DNA of 64,000 bases from a virus (IMGVR_UViG_3300050343_000243:1-64000), one strand, 5' to 3'; positions 19,838-29,452 are shown, counted from the stretch's first letter. Notes: a model not told the origin generated them from the sequence alone. Translations and numbers: made by a program.

Positions 19838-20230
19838 ATGAGCGATTCAATCGAAAACACTCTTCCCAACTCAATCAGCACTGCTGATCTACAAAAGTTG
19901 GCAGACGCTGCTGCAGAAGCAGGGTCTAACAAGAAGACTGAAGAGGAGAAAACCTACGGTGGACTCACCGTTGACGAACTCTGGGATGTCGCAGACGCAG
20001 GTTTAACTCTTATTCAAGAGAATTGTTCCCATCCCCTTGGACACAAGGTTGCTGCCATCATTGTCATGGGTAACATGCTCAATTGGCACAATAAGATGGC
20101 TGAGCAAATGATGGAAGATGGCGAATTTTCAAATGTTGCCGCTTGGCTCAAAGACGCAGGTAAATTCCAAGCCATCATGAACATCCTTCAAACCATTGAA
20201 ATTGGTGACGACGACCCTACAACTCTCTGA
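19838..20230 (+). CDS. Hypothetical protein
   Basis: 130 aa. Confidence 0.7.
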   Translation: MSDSIENTLPNSISTADLQKLADAAAEAGSNKKTEEEKTYGGLTVDELWDVADAGLTLIQENCSHPLGHKVAAIIVMGNMLNWHNKMAEQMMEDGEFSNVAAWLKDAGKFQAIMNILQTIEIGDDDPTTL

Positions 20231-20236
20231 TCCTTT

Positions 20237-20271
20237 GCCCCCCCCCTGGGGGCTTTTCTTTTATTTGTACT
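20237..20271 (+). promoter_or_regulatory. Hairpin-N12-TGT element 12
   Basis: G-C9-T-GGGGGC, 12 nt, TGTACT; ATG 20285. Confidence 0.7.
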
Positions 20272-20284
20272 TAGTAAAATACAA

Positions 20285-20446
20285 ATGCAGTGGGCAGTTA
20301 TGACCAACGCTCAAGAATGTCTTGGCGTATGGGTTTCATATGTAGATGCAGCACAGTTTGTATCTGACAACTGTGAACATGAGAATGACATCTATGTCAT
20401 CCCTTCCGAGGAGCTCACTAGTGAGACTGTCCTCTTGAATGCCTGA
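20285..20446 (+). CDS. Small hypothetical protein (53 aa)
   Basis: MQWAVMTNAQECLGVW...; fills the cassette. Confidence 0.55.
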   Translation: MQWAVMTNAQECLGVWVSYVDAAQFVSDNCEHENDIYVIPSEELTSETVLLNA

Positions 20447-20450
20447 CCTT

Positions 20451-20483
20451 GCCCCCTCTGGGGGCTTTCACAATCATTGTTCT
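20451..20483 (+). promoter_or_regulatory. Hairpin-N12-TGT element 13
   Basis: GCCCCC-TCT-GGGGGC, 12 nt, TGTTCT; ATG 20500. Confidence 0.75.
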
Positions 20484-20499
20484 TCAATTGATTGCGTTT

Positions 20500-20712
20500 A
20501 TGGCAACTTCCTTCGATTTCACCATCATCAGTGACACCACTGTACCTGGTATTTCGTTGGTCGTAAGTCATAACGAAGATGCATTCAGCTACATCACGGA
20601 AGAAGAGAACATGACCTGTCTAGATGATGGATCTGTTCCTCTTGCTACTGACAAAGTCGGTGACTTCATTTCTGACGCTGGTTGGGATAAATACTCCTGC
20701 GAACTCGTTTGA
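20500..20712 (+). CDS. Acidic hypothetical protein
   Basis: MATSFDFTIISD..., 70 aa. Confidence 0.6.
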   Translation: MATSFDFTIISDTTVPGISLVVSHNEDAFSYITEEENMTCLDDGSVPLATDKVGDFISDAGWDKYSCELV

Positions 20713-20727
20713 CTTCGATCAACCATT

Positions 20728-20760
20728 GCCCCCTCCGGGGGCTTTATCTCTCATTGTTCT
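20728..20760 (+). promoter_or_regulatory. Hairpin-N12-TGT element 14
   Basis: GCCCCC-TCC-GGGGGC, 12 nt, TGTTCT; ATG 20774. Confidence 0.75.
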
Positions 20761-20773
20761 TTACATCACATTC

Positions 20774-21202
20774 ATGACTGACAAGACCTACGCATCATTC
20801 AACGCTCTCACCATCACTGGTCGCGTTTCTCATGCGGAAATGGTAGAAGGTAAGTATGGCAAGTTTCTTGCTGTAACTCTCCTGTCTGAATTGCAGAATG
20901 ACGCACCTGCTGTCGCTGTTCAATTCAATCAAACTTCTGGTCTTCTCTTCTCCATCTTTGGTAAAGACGAGACTGCACTGCAGGGTCGTCTGGTTACTAT
21001 CACTGGACATCTTGAGTCCTTCACCGAACTCTACTTCGATAAGAAGATCGGTAAGACCAAGCGCCTTCAGCGTCCCCGTCTCCAACTGTCCAAGGCAGTT
21101 GTTCTCGACGGTGGTCTTGGACCTAGCAAGCGTAAGGATGAGCCAGTCGATTCCGATATCGAGATCGATGAAGCTCCTGAACTTGCATCTGCAGAGTACT
21201 GA
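20774..21202 (+). CDS. SSB-like OB-fold protein
   Basis: FNALTITGRV...GRLVTITGHL pattern of SSB; acidic C-terminal tail. Confidence 0.6.
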   Translation: MTDKTYASFNALTITGRVSHAEMVEGKYGKFLAVTLLSELQNDAPAVAVQFNQTSGLLFSIFGKDETALQGRLVTITGHLESFTELYFDKKIGKTKRLQRPRLQLSKAVVLDGGLGPSKRKDEPVDSDIEIDEAPELASAEY

Positions 21203-21213
21203 TGCAGCCACGT

Positions 21214-21247
21214 GGCACCCTTCGGGGTGCTGCGTTTTTTATTTTTT
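21214..21247 (+). terminator. Intrinsic terminator
   Basis: GCACCC-TTCG-GGGTGC plus T tract. Confidence 0.65.
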
Positions 21248-21267
21248 AAAACTGACTAGGACATACT

Positions 21268-21477
21268 ATGACTACATCAAAAATCACTTATGAGATCCAA
21301 AAGAGCCGCTACGGACTCTATACATCAGTACAAACTGATGGAACTCGTATGGTCACAGGACCCACAGAAGACGCTTGTCGTTGGGTGACTGATAATATCC
21401 ACATTCCGGTGCTTGAAGGCACCTACAAAGGCTTCACAAGTGTCCCTCGTAGCGCTACTGTTGACGGGAAACTATAA
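21268..21477 (+). CDS. Hypothetical protein
   Basis: 69 aa ending VDGKL. Confidence 0.65.
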   Translation: MTTSKITYEIQKSRYGLYTSVQTDGTRMVTGPTEDACRWVTDNIHIPVLEGTYKGFTSVPRSATVDGKL

Positions 21478-21503
21478 ACTAGTAGTACTACTAATTAAAG
21501 CAG

Positions 21504-21680
21504 ATGAATATCCAACGCTTTGCCGGTGACAGCAAAATAATGCAAAAGATGGCAGCTGATATGGCAGCCAACGAAGCACTCATGCGTCGTAATCAAAGCG
21601 AAGCTATGCAGAATGCATACCTAGCAAGATCTAGAGATATATCCGCTACTGGTATCACTAATGCCGGAGCATTTTTTTAG
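21504..21680 (+). CDS. Small late-type protein (MNIQRFAGD...)
   Basis: 58-aa ORF read directly from sequence; RFAG motif. Confidence 0.5.
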   Translation: MNIQRFAGDSKIMQKMAADMAANEALMRRNQSEAMQNAYLARSRDISATGITNAGAFF

Positions 21681-22554
21681 AACCATTCTTGCCATTGCCA
21701 TTTGAACGCAGTACGTCGTGACCAATACTGACATCACCACCACCACTGTTAATAACTAGAGCACGATCTCTATTCTCACCTGGGCTATCCATCCTCTCTG
21801 CTGTATTACCAGGACTTTCAAACCTAGTTGAGGCAATCTCTGGTGCAACTTCAGGACTATCGTATTGATAAGCGTTAGCTAACTCAAGTGGAGACAGACG
21901 ATCAGCTTTCAGTCGCTTAAGAATGCTGTTCTTCAATGAATTGATCATTTCATCCCCTTCCCTGGCACCTTTAGTTCTATTCTCATACTTGCTTTCAAAC
22001 ATCATATTACTCCTGTCAGCAGACTGGCCACCATATTTCGCGTGAGGATTCTTATGTCCTCCATCAAGCCCTGTCTCTTCATATAAAGAACCGGTGACTG
22101 GGTTCTTACCACCATCTAATTCCTCTATTCGATCTAAAGCACGAGCCAAACGTTCAGCACCATCTAACTGTTCTACAGCACCAGAACGTAAACCAACTTT
22201 AGCTAGCTGGCTGGCACCTGCAGGGGCAAGAATCCGTTCACCTGCTTTACGTAACTCTTTTGTATGAGCACTAGGTGAACTAGGCATAACAACAGGTCCG
22301 TTCTTCTCTGCATCTATAGCCATCAACAAAGCATCGATGGTCTGTGGACTATCGCTACCCCCATGCATCTGCTTGGGGATTAACTTCATTTTTCCCCGAT
22401 CTTCAATTCTGCCATTAGTTAATTCGGCTAAGTCATAGTGACTACCTACTGCTTCTTGAAGCATTGCAGCATCACCAAGACCCTGCAGTAGCTCAGGGCT
22501 GATATCACCGTTTTTAATTAATTGTGCTACTAATAATGCTTCATCGAAGACCAC
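21658..22554 (-). CDS. Hypothetical protein with embedded HNH-like motif
   Basis: LDGGHKNPHAKYGG...SNMMFESKYENRTKG. Confidence 0.55.
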   Translation of the reverse strand: MVFDEALLVAQLIKNGDISPELLQGLGDAAMLQEAVGSHYDLAELTNGRIEDRGKMKLIPKQMHGGSDSPQTIDALLMAIDAEKNGPVVMPSSPSAHTKELRKAGERILAPAGASQLAKVGLRSGAVEQLDGAERLARALDRIEELDGGKNPVTGSLYEETGLDGGHKNPHAKYGGQSADRSNMMFESKYENRTKGAREGDEMINSLKNSILKRLKADRLSPLELANAYQYDSPEVAPEIASTRFESPGNTAERMDSPGENRDRALVINSGGGDVSIGHDVLRSNGNGKNGSKKMLRH

Positions 22555-22679
22555 TCACATACATACTTATGATTATGTTTTTCCCATAAGTATCACTTAC
22601 TACTCCTACATGTTATCTATAACTAATAACTTACTAAAATAAATAAAGAACCCAAAAATACCTATTAGTCAAAACAAAT

Positions 22680-22712
22680 GCCCCCACTGGGGGCTTTATT
22701 CGTTGGTGTCCT
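22680..22712 (+). promoter_or_regulatory. Hairpin-N12-TGT element 15
   Basis: GCCCCC-ACT-GGGGGC, 12 nt, TGTCCT; divergent intergenic position; ATG 22725. Confidence 0.75.
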
Positions 22713-22724
22713 TTGAATACATAT

Positions 22725-23285
22725 ATGAGAAGTTTCGCCAATGAAATGTATGTAGGTGTGGAAATCAATCCACCCTGCCCTCACTCTGTAGTTCACGCAT
22801 TCGACCTAGACGACACGCTCTCTTCCAAACCTCAAGGGTTTGACAACACAGGAATGACCAAAGATGAATTCTTTGATGCCAGTCGTGACTTTGAGCCTGA
22901 TATCGCTGTCAAAGATGTTGTTGAACTAATGCATATGCATGGTGATTGCATTGCTATCACTACTGCCCGTCCACCTGAACGCTTGGCCGAGACAGTCCAC
23001 TGGCTGTCAAAGCATGACATTCCTTTTGATCAAATCATTTTGAGCCAAGGAACTGTTCCTTCATCCATTGCCAAACAAGCAATGCTTCAGAAGTTACAAG
23101 ACGACTATCACGAAGTCGGCGTTCTATTTGATGACTCCCCTTACAACATTGAGGGTGCTCGTCTACAAGGCATATCAGCTATTCATCTACGTAAGAACGA
23201 TGAGTACTGGGCCGCTAACCCCGAAGATGTTTACAGGTACGAAGATGAACAAGCACGAGAAGAAGCAAATCAAACTCATTGCTAA
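22725..23285 (+). CDS. HAD-family phosphatase (PNK 3'-phosphatase-like)
   Basis: FDLDDT motif I, TTAR motif II, K, FDDS motif IV. Confidence 0.8.
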   Translation: MRSFANEMYVGVEINPPCPHSVVHAFDLDDTLSSKPQGFDNTGMTKDEFFDASRDFEPDIAVKDVVELMHMHGDCIAITTARPPERLAETVHWLSKHDIPFDQIILSQGTVPSSIAKQAMLQKLQDDYHEVGVLFDDSPYNIEGARLQGISAIHLRKNDEYWAANPEDVYRYEDEQAREEANQTHC

Positions 23286-23391
23286 AGCAGACGCTTGCAC
23301 CTCACGTGAGGAAGCTGTGAAACTTATACTCAAAGCAGAGAAACTTCGAGCTAAATTATTAGCGAAGAAGCTTTTATCTGATGCCAATTAA
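23245..23391 (+). CDS. Small basic protein
   Basis: MNKHEKKQIKLIAKADACTSREEA... Confidence 0.45.
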   Translation: MNKHEKKQIKLIAKADACTSREEAVKLILKAEKLRAKLLAKKLLSDAN

Positions 23392-23463
23392 CACTGTATT
23401 ATTCGGTCTCGCAATGTTCCTCATTGGCGAGATCACCGGAATAATTATACCTACCTTACATTA

Positions 23464-23952
23464 ATGATCAAAAAAATATTTACTGTACTTGCAGGACTTG
23501 CAATTGCTTCTCCTGTCAATGCAACTAGTTGGACAGATGTCAATACTCTGACCGATCTAGTAAAACAAACTGGAACTACCGTTGAAGCGCGAGACTGTCA
23601 ACGCGAAGGTCTACAAGGCTTTTATCAATATGATCAAGAAGCAGGGATAGATCTACTCGTTGTTTGCTCAAACGTTGTTGATATGTCTGACTCCGATGCT
23701 GTATGGGAAGTTGTTTCTCATGAAGCAACGCATGTCATGCAAGCATGTATAGGTGGACCTGTCTTGAAAGACACCTATATCCCCCGTGTATTGCGTGAAC
23801 TGCAAGAAACAGCTCCTCACTATTATCAAACTCTTCAGCAATATCGTGGCGATCACAAACGCTACGAGCTAGAAGCGTTCTGGATGGAACTACGTGCTCC
23901 AAATGTTGTCCATGAATTCTTGGACAGATCTTGTTTCGCACAACCTGAATGA
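23464..23952 (+). CDS. Secreted HEXXH metallopeptidase-like protein
   Basis: Signal peptide; HEATHVMQ...ELEA. Confidence 0.65.
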   Translation: MIKKIFTVLAGLAIASPVNATSWTDVNTLTDLVKQTGTTVEARDCQREGLQGFYQYDQEAGIDLLVVCSNVVDMSDSDAVWEVVSHEATHVMQACIGGPVLKDTYIPRVLRELQETAPHYYQTLQQYRGDHKRYELEAFWMELRAPNVVHEFLDRSCFAQPE

Positions 23953-23957
23953 CATCT

Positions 23958-23990
23958 GCCCCCTCCGGGGGCTTTGTCTGTTCATGTTCT
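23958..23990 (+). promoter_or_regulatory. Hairpin-N12-TGT element 16
   Basis: GCCCCC-TCC-GGGGGC, 12 nt, TGTTCT; ATG 24005. Confidence 0.75.
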
Positions 23991-24004
23991 TTCTCTAGGA
24001 ACTT

Positions 24005-24223
24005 ATGAACATCCCAATGGTGAGTATCCCTCAAGTCCAACTTGATCAACTCATTCGAGATCTGCAAAAAGCAGAAGGTTACTGCCGTAGGGCACGTCCT
24101 GCTTCACGTCATCCGTCTCGTGAAGAACTATTCGCAGAACCTACCGAGTTCTACTCCGGTGCATCTGGCTTTGCCGGTGCAACTCTGCGGAATGCGATTC
24201 AAACTATCGAATCGTACCTGTGA
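24005..24223 (+). CDS. Hypothetical protein
   Basis: 72 aa. Confidence 0.6.
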   Translation: MNIPMVSIPQVQLDQLIRDLQKAEGYCRRARPASRHPSREELFAEPTEFYSGASGFAGATLRNAIQTIESYL

Positions 24224-24232
24224 TTGGTACAA

Positions 24233-24262
24233 GCCACTGCCTTCGGGTAGTGGCATTTTTTT
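24233..24262 (+). terminator. Intrinsic terminator
   Basis: GCCACTGCC-TTCG-GGTAGTGGC plus T7. Confidence 0.75.
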
Positions 24263-24428
24263 ATTTAAACTACAAATATGTGTGAAATCTTATTTGCTTA
24301 CTTAATTATCAACGCTATTGAAGCCACTCCTGGCCACATGCGGGTTGAACAGTTGCGTTATACCGACGGTATCCATACTGAAACTCGTGTAATCCATGTT
24401 CCTACCCAAGAGTATTTAGACTGTTGGG

Positions 24429-24623
24429 ATGGACAAAGATGAACTAAAAACTAAAATTCTAGAGGAGATTGATGATGTCGAATATCGATACTACGCTCTC
24501 CCTCATTCTGGTCTTATCGCTGACTGGTTTATTCACTACTGGGATCTCGCAGAGCTTGTCATGCAGTACTTTGACGAGCCTTTTTATAAGCCGCAAAAGT
24601 CAACTGAGGATCAGATAAAATAG
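24429..24623 (+). CDS. Hypothetical protein
   Basis: 64 aa. Confidence 0.55.
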   Translation: MDKDELKTKILEEIDDVEYRYYALPHSGLIADWFIHYWDLAELVMQYFDEPFYKPQKSTEDQIK

Positions 24624-24644
24624 AAATATTGCTTCTATATTCTC

Positions 24645-25262
24645 ATGGGTAAAAATCGGTTTAAAGATAAGTCATACAACCCTAAATACGGCATTGGCGG
24701 GCGTGTAACAAGTGACGATCTAAGTATCGACGGTAGGAGTTGGGATTACCGTGACCCACAAAATAAGAAAGAGAGTGCACATCGTGCAATGGATGACAAA
24801 AACCCGAACTCATATGACTACACCAATCCCTTGTACGATTACTCATACGGTGCAGTCCGTGATGCTAGTGAGGCAGTAAACGTTACCAACGTCAATAGTA
24901 AAGGCGACGTTAAGCAACTCATCGACTACCTCCAGAAAGGTCCCGAAGATAAGCCTGCTGAAGTAAAAGTATTGCCTGTTACAGACAAAAAGGAGGTTGA
25001 TGCTCCTCCTCCTAAGCCTTATGAGCAATCACCAGAACTAACTGAAGCTAAAGAGCGTGTCCAAGTTTGGGAAGATTCCAATGCTGGCACTGATCCCTCT
25101 CCCTTTGGAGGCGAAAGGTTGGACTTCAAGTCAATGGTCTTCGATGTTGATTCCAACAATGGCGCTTCTGCTCAAACATCTAGTGGAGAAAAAGCACAGA
25201 GCCAGCTCGAAGTATTCAAGAACAAATTAAAAAATCGATTACACTTCCGGCCAGTACTCTAA
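24645..25262 (+). CDS. Late-type hypothetical protein
   Basis: 205 aa; TAAAATAG at 24616-24623. Confidence 0.65.
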   Translation: MGKNRFKDKSYNPKYGIGGRVTSDDLSIDGRSWDYRDPQNKKESAHRAMDDKNPNSYDYTNPLYDYSYGAVRDASEAVNVTNVNSKGDVKQLIDYLQKGPEDKPAEVKVLPVTDKKEVDAPPPKPYEQSPELTEAKERVQVWEDSNAGTDPSPFGGERLDFKSMVFDVDSNNGASAQTSSGEKAQSQLEVFKNKLKNRLHFRPVL

Positions 25263-25287
25263 AAGCTACATAACTTGCGTAGCTTCG

Positions 25288-25314
25288 AAAGCCCAGTCAA
25301 GTACTGGGTTTTTT
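25288..25314 (+). terminator. Intrinsic terminator
   Basis: GCCCAGT-CAAGT-ACTGGGT plus T tract. Confidence 0.6.
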
Positions 25315-25320
25315 AGTGCC

Positions 25321-25452
25321 TACTACCAAAAAGCTACGCTAACTACGCTGGGAGCCCTATATACCTTTTAAAAAATAGATAGAAGGGGATACCCCAGTGT
25401 GCGTATATAAAAAAGAGATATATAGAGAAGATGTGTAGCAAACGTAGTTTTT
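25321..25452. repeat. Origin-like element copy 2 (divergent)
   Basis: CTACGCTAACTAC...CTATATACC...GATATATAG...GTAGCAAACGTAG. Confidence 0.65.
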
Positions 25453-25674
25453 ACATATTTCTATTGGGGTACTGTTTGGACAGTTCCCTTGCAGCGCAGC
25501 GGAATACGAGCAAAAAACCACGATTAGACTTAGCTACAGTAGCTCTGTGGCAAGAGTATTTATACGCCATTAAATGATCGATTAATAAAAATTTACCGAG
25601 CCCAGTTCTTAATACAGAGCTTCCTTTCGGCTAGTAGCACAGTAACGTTTATGCGAATAATGAAATTCGCATTT

Positions 25675-26022
25675 ATGCAGCGGATAGACGTCAAGGTTGA
25701 CGAACGATTTGCTGCTGTCCTCAAAGGGTACTGCGCTTATTGGGGTCTGACTCTGGGAGAACTCATGTATGAGGCTGCCAAACAACACGTACACTCATCT
25801 GCGCAAGTTTGTACACTTGCAGATGACTTAATGCGAAAGCACGGAGTAATTGCTGACAAGCGTTCAGCCAAGCACTGTTACGGCTATCTTTGCCGTTGCT
25901 GCAAGCATCAGCTTATGTGCAGAACTGGCCTGTATCAAAACGAATGGGAGATTGCTGACGAACACAAGCACTTGCAAAAAGATCAATCAAACGATTACCC
26001 CCTTGACTCCTATAAACAATGA
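25675..26022 (+). CDS. Ribbon-helix-helix-like protein with Cys-rich C-terminus
   Basis: MQRIDVKVDERFAAVLKGYCAYWGLTLGELM; CYGYLCRCCKHQLMCRTG. Confidence 0.55.
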   Translation: MQRIDVKVDERFAAVLKGYCAYWGLTLGELMYEAAKQHVHSSAQVCTLADDLMRKHGVIADKRSAKHCYGYLCRCCKHQLMCRTGLYQNEWEIADEHKHLQKDQSNDYPLDSYKQ

Positions 26023-26336
26023 AAAAACTTCAAGTCCAAATGCCTGACCCATGTCATGCGGTATTAAAGGACTATGCCAATGCTTGGGGCATGACAATGT
26101 CTGAAGTGATGTATGAAGCCACTCGTTGCTTTATGCACAAACATTCAGAGAATTGTGGATACATCAATTCATTATTTACATTTAGACGTATCAAAGCTGA
26201 TAAACGACTTACCAAAGAATGTTATGGACATCCTTGTTTTGCCTGTGAGCACTTAGTTGCTTGTAAAACAGGACAATACAAAGGTGGCTGGGAAATGTCT
26301 GAAAAAGTTTCTGAGTACATCAATCTGAAAGCATAA
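26019..26336 (+). CDS. Paralogous RHH-like/Cys-rich protein
   Basis: MKKLQVQMPD...WGMTMSEVMYEA; CYGHPCFACEHLVACKTG. Confidence 0.55.
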   Translation: MKKLQVQMPDPCHAVLKDYANAWGMTMSEVMYEATRCFMHKHSENCGYINSLFTFRRIKADKRLTKECYGHPCFACEHLVACKTGQYKGGWEMSEKVSEYINLKA

Positions 26337-26639
26337 TTTTTTTTGCCTGAAAGCTTAACAATAAGTTAGACGATTGATATCTGTATGTCTCGATATATTT
26401 AATCAAAAAAATGTATCAACGCAAACGTTGCGCTTGTGGCGTGAATAATCATACTTTCATTGTCGCTTGTCTGCGGCCTTCACAACTGATCGAATACATG
26501 ACTACAAATAAACACCCACAAATCTCACATTTAATTGTCTCGTTTATGACAAGCATGAATAGCATGAGCAGGGTGTTGTTACACAACAAGTCTCAAAAAT
26601 AAAGGCACACCTAGTTGCTTCACTTGTATAGCAATTATT

Positions 26640-26672
26640 GCCCCCTCCGGGGGCTTGATCCTTTCGTGCGCT
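26640..26672 (+). promoter_or_regulatory. Hairpin-N12-TG element 17
   Basis: GCCCCC-TCC-GGGGGC, 12 nt, T then a GCGCTTT-GAAA-AAAGCGT hairpin. Confidence 0.75.
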
Positions 26673-26705
26673 TTGAAAAAAGCGTGTTCTTTATATGTCA
26701 ATTCA

Positions 26706-27650
26706 ATGCCCGCAAATTTCACATCTGGCTGGCTCGGCAACGGCGAACGTGCATGGCACGAAATGGGGGTCGTCACCGACGGCACCCTGCCAGCGCGAGA
26801 AGCGTTTGAAACTGCCGACGCTTTATTCACAGTCGAAAAGCGAGAACTTCTCGTTCCAGTCACATTTAACGGACAAGCCTCAGTTGCCGCATCAGGCACC
26901 TACGGAGTTGTCCGTACTGACAGTCAAGGATTACTCGGTGTTGTCAGCAAGCAATATGAAATCGTTCAAAACGATTCGCTCCTTCGGATGGCTGAATTCA
27001 TCCGCGAGGAGGCAGACATGGACTGCGTCATCGTTCTATCGGACGGAGCCAAAGTCTGCTTTACCGCCACACTCCGTGGTGCGGAGACGGACATCGTCCC
27101 TGGCGACACAGTCAAACGACGCATCGTTGGCTATCTAGGACACGACGGCAAGACTGGTTGTGGTGCAAAGTTCACCAACATCCGTGTTGTCTGTCAAAAC
27201 ACACTGACTGCCGCTCTCAATGAGAGTGGTGCTCAATCAAGCATCACCCATAAGGGTACTGCCAACGCTAACTTCGATGCTCTTATCAACAGTATTGACG
27301 TAGCACGGCAAGACTTTGCCGCTGAATGTGATCTGATGCGTGAGTTTTCACGTACCCACATGAGTGCTACTGGCTTCAACGAGTTTGCTGACCACGTTTA
27401 CAACATCAGTGAAGGTGAAGTATTTCGCAAACGTCAGAAGCTAGAGCAAGCATTCCGTGCTGGTTATGGTTCGGAGTATGCCTCATTCTCACTATGGAAT
27501 GGCTTGAATGCCATCACCCAAGTAGAAACAAGCACCCGTGGCACTACAGCTGCCAAGGGTAGAGCACAGTTTGCACGTGGCACCTTTGGTTCTGGTGCTG
27601 TTATCAGCAAAAAAGCTTTCTCTGTTGCACGTGACCTAGTTACTGGCTGA
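26706..27650 (+). CDS. DUF932 family protein
   Basis: AWHEMG...YEIVQN...GHDG...RVVCQNTL...H motifs. Confidence 0.85.
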   Translation: MPANFTSGWLGNGERAWHEMGVVTDGTLPAREAFETADALFTVEKRELLVPVTFNGQASVAASGTYGVVRTDSQGLLGVVSKQYEIVQNDSLLRMAEFIREEADMDCVIVLSDGAKVCFTATLRGAETDIVPGDTVKRRIVGYLGHDGKTGCGAKFTNIRVVCQNTLTAALNESGAQSSITHKGTANANFDALINSIDVARQDFAAECDLMREFSRTHMSATGFNEFADHVYNISEGEVFRKRQKLEQAFRAGYGSEYASFSLWNGLNAITQVETSTRGTTAAKGRAQFARGTFGSGAVISKKAFSVARDLVTG

Positions 27651-27663
27651 TAGAAATACAATT

Positions 27664-27690
27664 GGGAGTACTTAATTGTGCTCCCTATTT
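27664..27690 (+). terminator. Probable terminator
   Basis: GGGAGTAC-TTAATT-GTGCTCCC. Confidence 0.5.
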
Positions 27691-27726
27691 GTTAGCTTAA
27701 GGTTTCATCCATAATATGAATTATTT

Positions 27727-28068
27727 ATGTTATCTAAAATCTTTGGTGTTACTAGTGCCGTTCTATTGGCTCTGTCTACACCCGCAACCGCTGCAAGCAC
27801 TATGCTTACGAGCTGGTATGGACCATACTTTCACGGTCGCCTCACTGCGAACGGAGAAGTGTATGACCAAATGGGATTCACCGCAGCACATAAAACTCTC
27901 CCTTTCGGAACGAGGCTACGGGTCTGTTATCAAGGATGTGTCAACGTCCGAATTAACGACCGTGGTCCGTATATCGGGGCTCGTGAGCTTGACCTCTCTC
28001 TGGGTGCTGCTAAAACAATTGGATTAGTAGATCCAGGCGTTGCAAATGTTCAGGTTACTTATCTCTAA
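27727..28068 (+). CDS. rlpA: RlpA-like (DPBB) lytic transglycosylase
   Basis: SWYGPYFHGRLTANGE...TAAHKTLPFGT...RINDRGPY...LDLS; signal peptide. Confidence 0.9.
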   Translation: MLSKIFGVTSAVLLALSTPATAASTMLTSWYGPYFHGRLTANGEVYDQMGFTAAHKTLPFGTRLRVCYQGCVNVRINDRGPYIGARELDLSLGAAKTIGLVDPGVANVQVTYL

Positions 28069-28366
28069 TTAACCACAATCGTCTGCTCCCGAAGATAAAC
28101 TAAAAACAGTTCAAGGAGATACAAATGTCTAGAACAACTAAACATCCCATTACCAAAAATTGCTTTACTGATTTAGAGCACGAACGCAAAGAACGTAAAC
28201 AACAACGCGCACAGAATATCGAGCTACTTAATGCTTCACTCGACTTAATCGTTAAAGAAAATTAAGTATTTATACGCCGTTATTTGTGCATTTCTTAACA
28301 TAGACTAGTTAAGTAGCGTTAACCACACGTGAGTATTACCCAAAAATAAAACACCGCACTAATTAA

Positions 28367-29452
28367 ATGGCTTCATCAATCTCAGTAGCACGCACAGGCG
28401 TGCAATCAAACTGGGAGGAGTTTTGTAAGTGGGTAACATCAACTGACAACCGCCTTTATGTGGGCTGGTTTGGCATCTTGATGATTCCTACGCTCCTCGC
28501 AGCAACTATTTGCTTCATTATCGCCTTTGTAGGCGCACCACCTGTTGATATCGATGGCATTCGTGAACCAGTTGCAGGATCGCTCCTGTACGGAAATAAC
28601 ATTATATCGGGAGCAGTTGTCCCGTCTAGCAACGCAATCGGTCTGCATTTTTACCCAATCTGGGAAGCGGCTTCATTGGATGAATGGCTTTACAACGGAG
28701 GCCCATTCCAACTCGTTGTCTTCCACTTTCTCATCGGTATCTTCGCTTACATGGGACGCGAATGGGAACTTAGCTACCGGCTAGGTATGCGCCCCTGGAT
28801 CTGCGTTGCATACAGCGCACCTGTGGCTGCAGCTTCTGCCGTATTTCTTGTCTATCCTTTTGGACAGGGATCCTTCTCTGACGCAATGCCTCTCGGCATC
28901 TCCGGTACATTCAACTATATGTTGGTGTTCCAGGCAGAGCATAATATCCTTATGCATCCGTTCCACATGTTGGGCGTGGCTGGTGTCTTCGGCGGCAGCT
29001 TATTCAGTGCTATGCACGGTTCTCTTGTTACATCATCTTTGGTGCGTGAAACCACCGAAAGCGAGTCCCAGAACTACGGTTATAAGTTCGGACAAGAGGA
29101 AGAGACCTACAACATCGTTGCAGCTCATGGCTACTTCGGTCGATTGATCTTCCAATATGCTTCGTTCAACAACTCCCGTTCATTGCACTTCTTCTTAGCA
29201 GCATGGCCTGTCGTTGGTATTTGGTTCACCGCATTAGGTGTATCCACAATGGCCTTCAACTTGAACGGCTTCAACTTCAACCAGTCCATTAACTCTGCTG
29301 ACGGTCACGTCATCAATACCTGGGCAGACATTCTGAACCGCGCAGGTCTTGGAATGGAAGTGATGCATGAGCGTAACGCTCACAACTTCCCTTTGGATCT
29401 TGCCTCTGCAAGTACCAGTCAAGTCGCATTGACTGCACCATCCATCGGTTAA
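28367..29452 (+). CDS. psbA: Photosystem II D1 protein
   Basis: Full D1 sequence ([34 protein letters not shown]); Glu130 form. Confidence 0.99.
   Translation: MASSISVARTGVQSNWEEFCKWVTSTDNRLYVGWFGILMIPTLLAATICFIIAFVGAPPVDIDGIREPVAGSLLYGNNIISGAVVPSSNAIGLHFYPIWEAASLDEWLYNGGPFQLVVFHFLIGIFAYMGREWELSYRLGMRPWICVAYSAPVAAASAVFLVYPFGQGSFSDAMPLGISGTFNYMLVFQAEHNILMHPFHMLGVAGVFGGSLFSAMHGSLVTSSLVRETTESESQNYGYKFGQEEETYNIVAAHGYFGRLIFQYASFNNSRSLHFFLAAWPVVGIWFTALGVSTMAFNLNGFNFNQSINSADGHVINTWADILNRAGLGMEVMHERNAHNFPLDLASASTSQVALTAPSIG

Noticed and set aside
16003-20760. CRISPR array interpretation of the palindromic repeats
   Set aside because: Intervals are 140 to over 900 nt and contain ORFs; repeats are degenerate; no cas genes seen
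16003-20760. Classical integron attC cassettes
   Set aside because: A partial AAC upstream and GTT downstream exist, but they are asymmetric around the stem with no RYYYAAC/GTTRRRY boxes; the integrase is a tRNA-targeting type with its own attP
28250-28270. RpaB/HLR1-like direct repeat upstream of psbA (GTTAAAGA-AA-ATTAAGTA)
   Set aside because: Too degenerate in AT-rich sequence to support
28367-29452. Intron in psbA, or inteins in PolA/RNR/terminase
   Set aside because: The ORFs are continuous and of normal or reduced length
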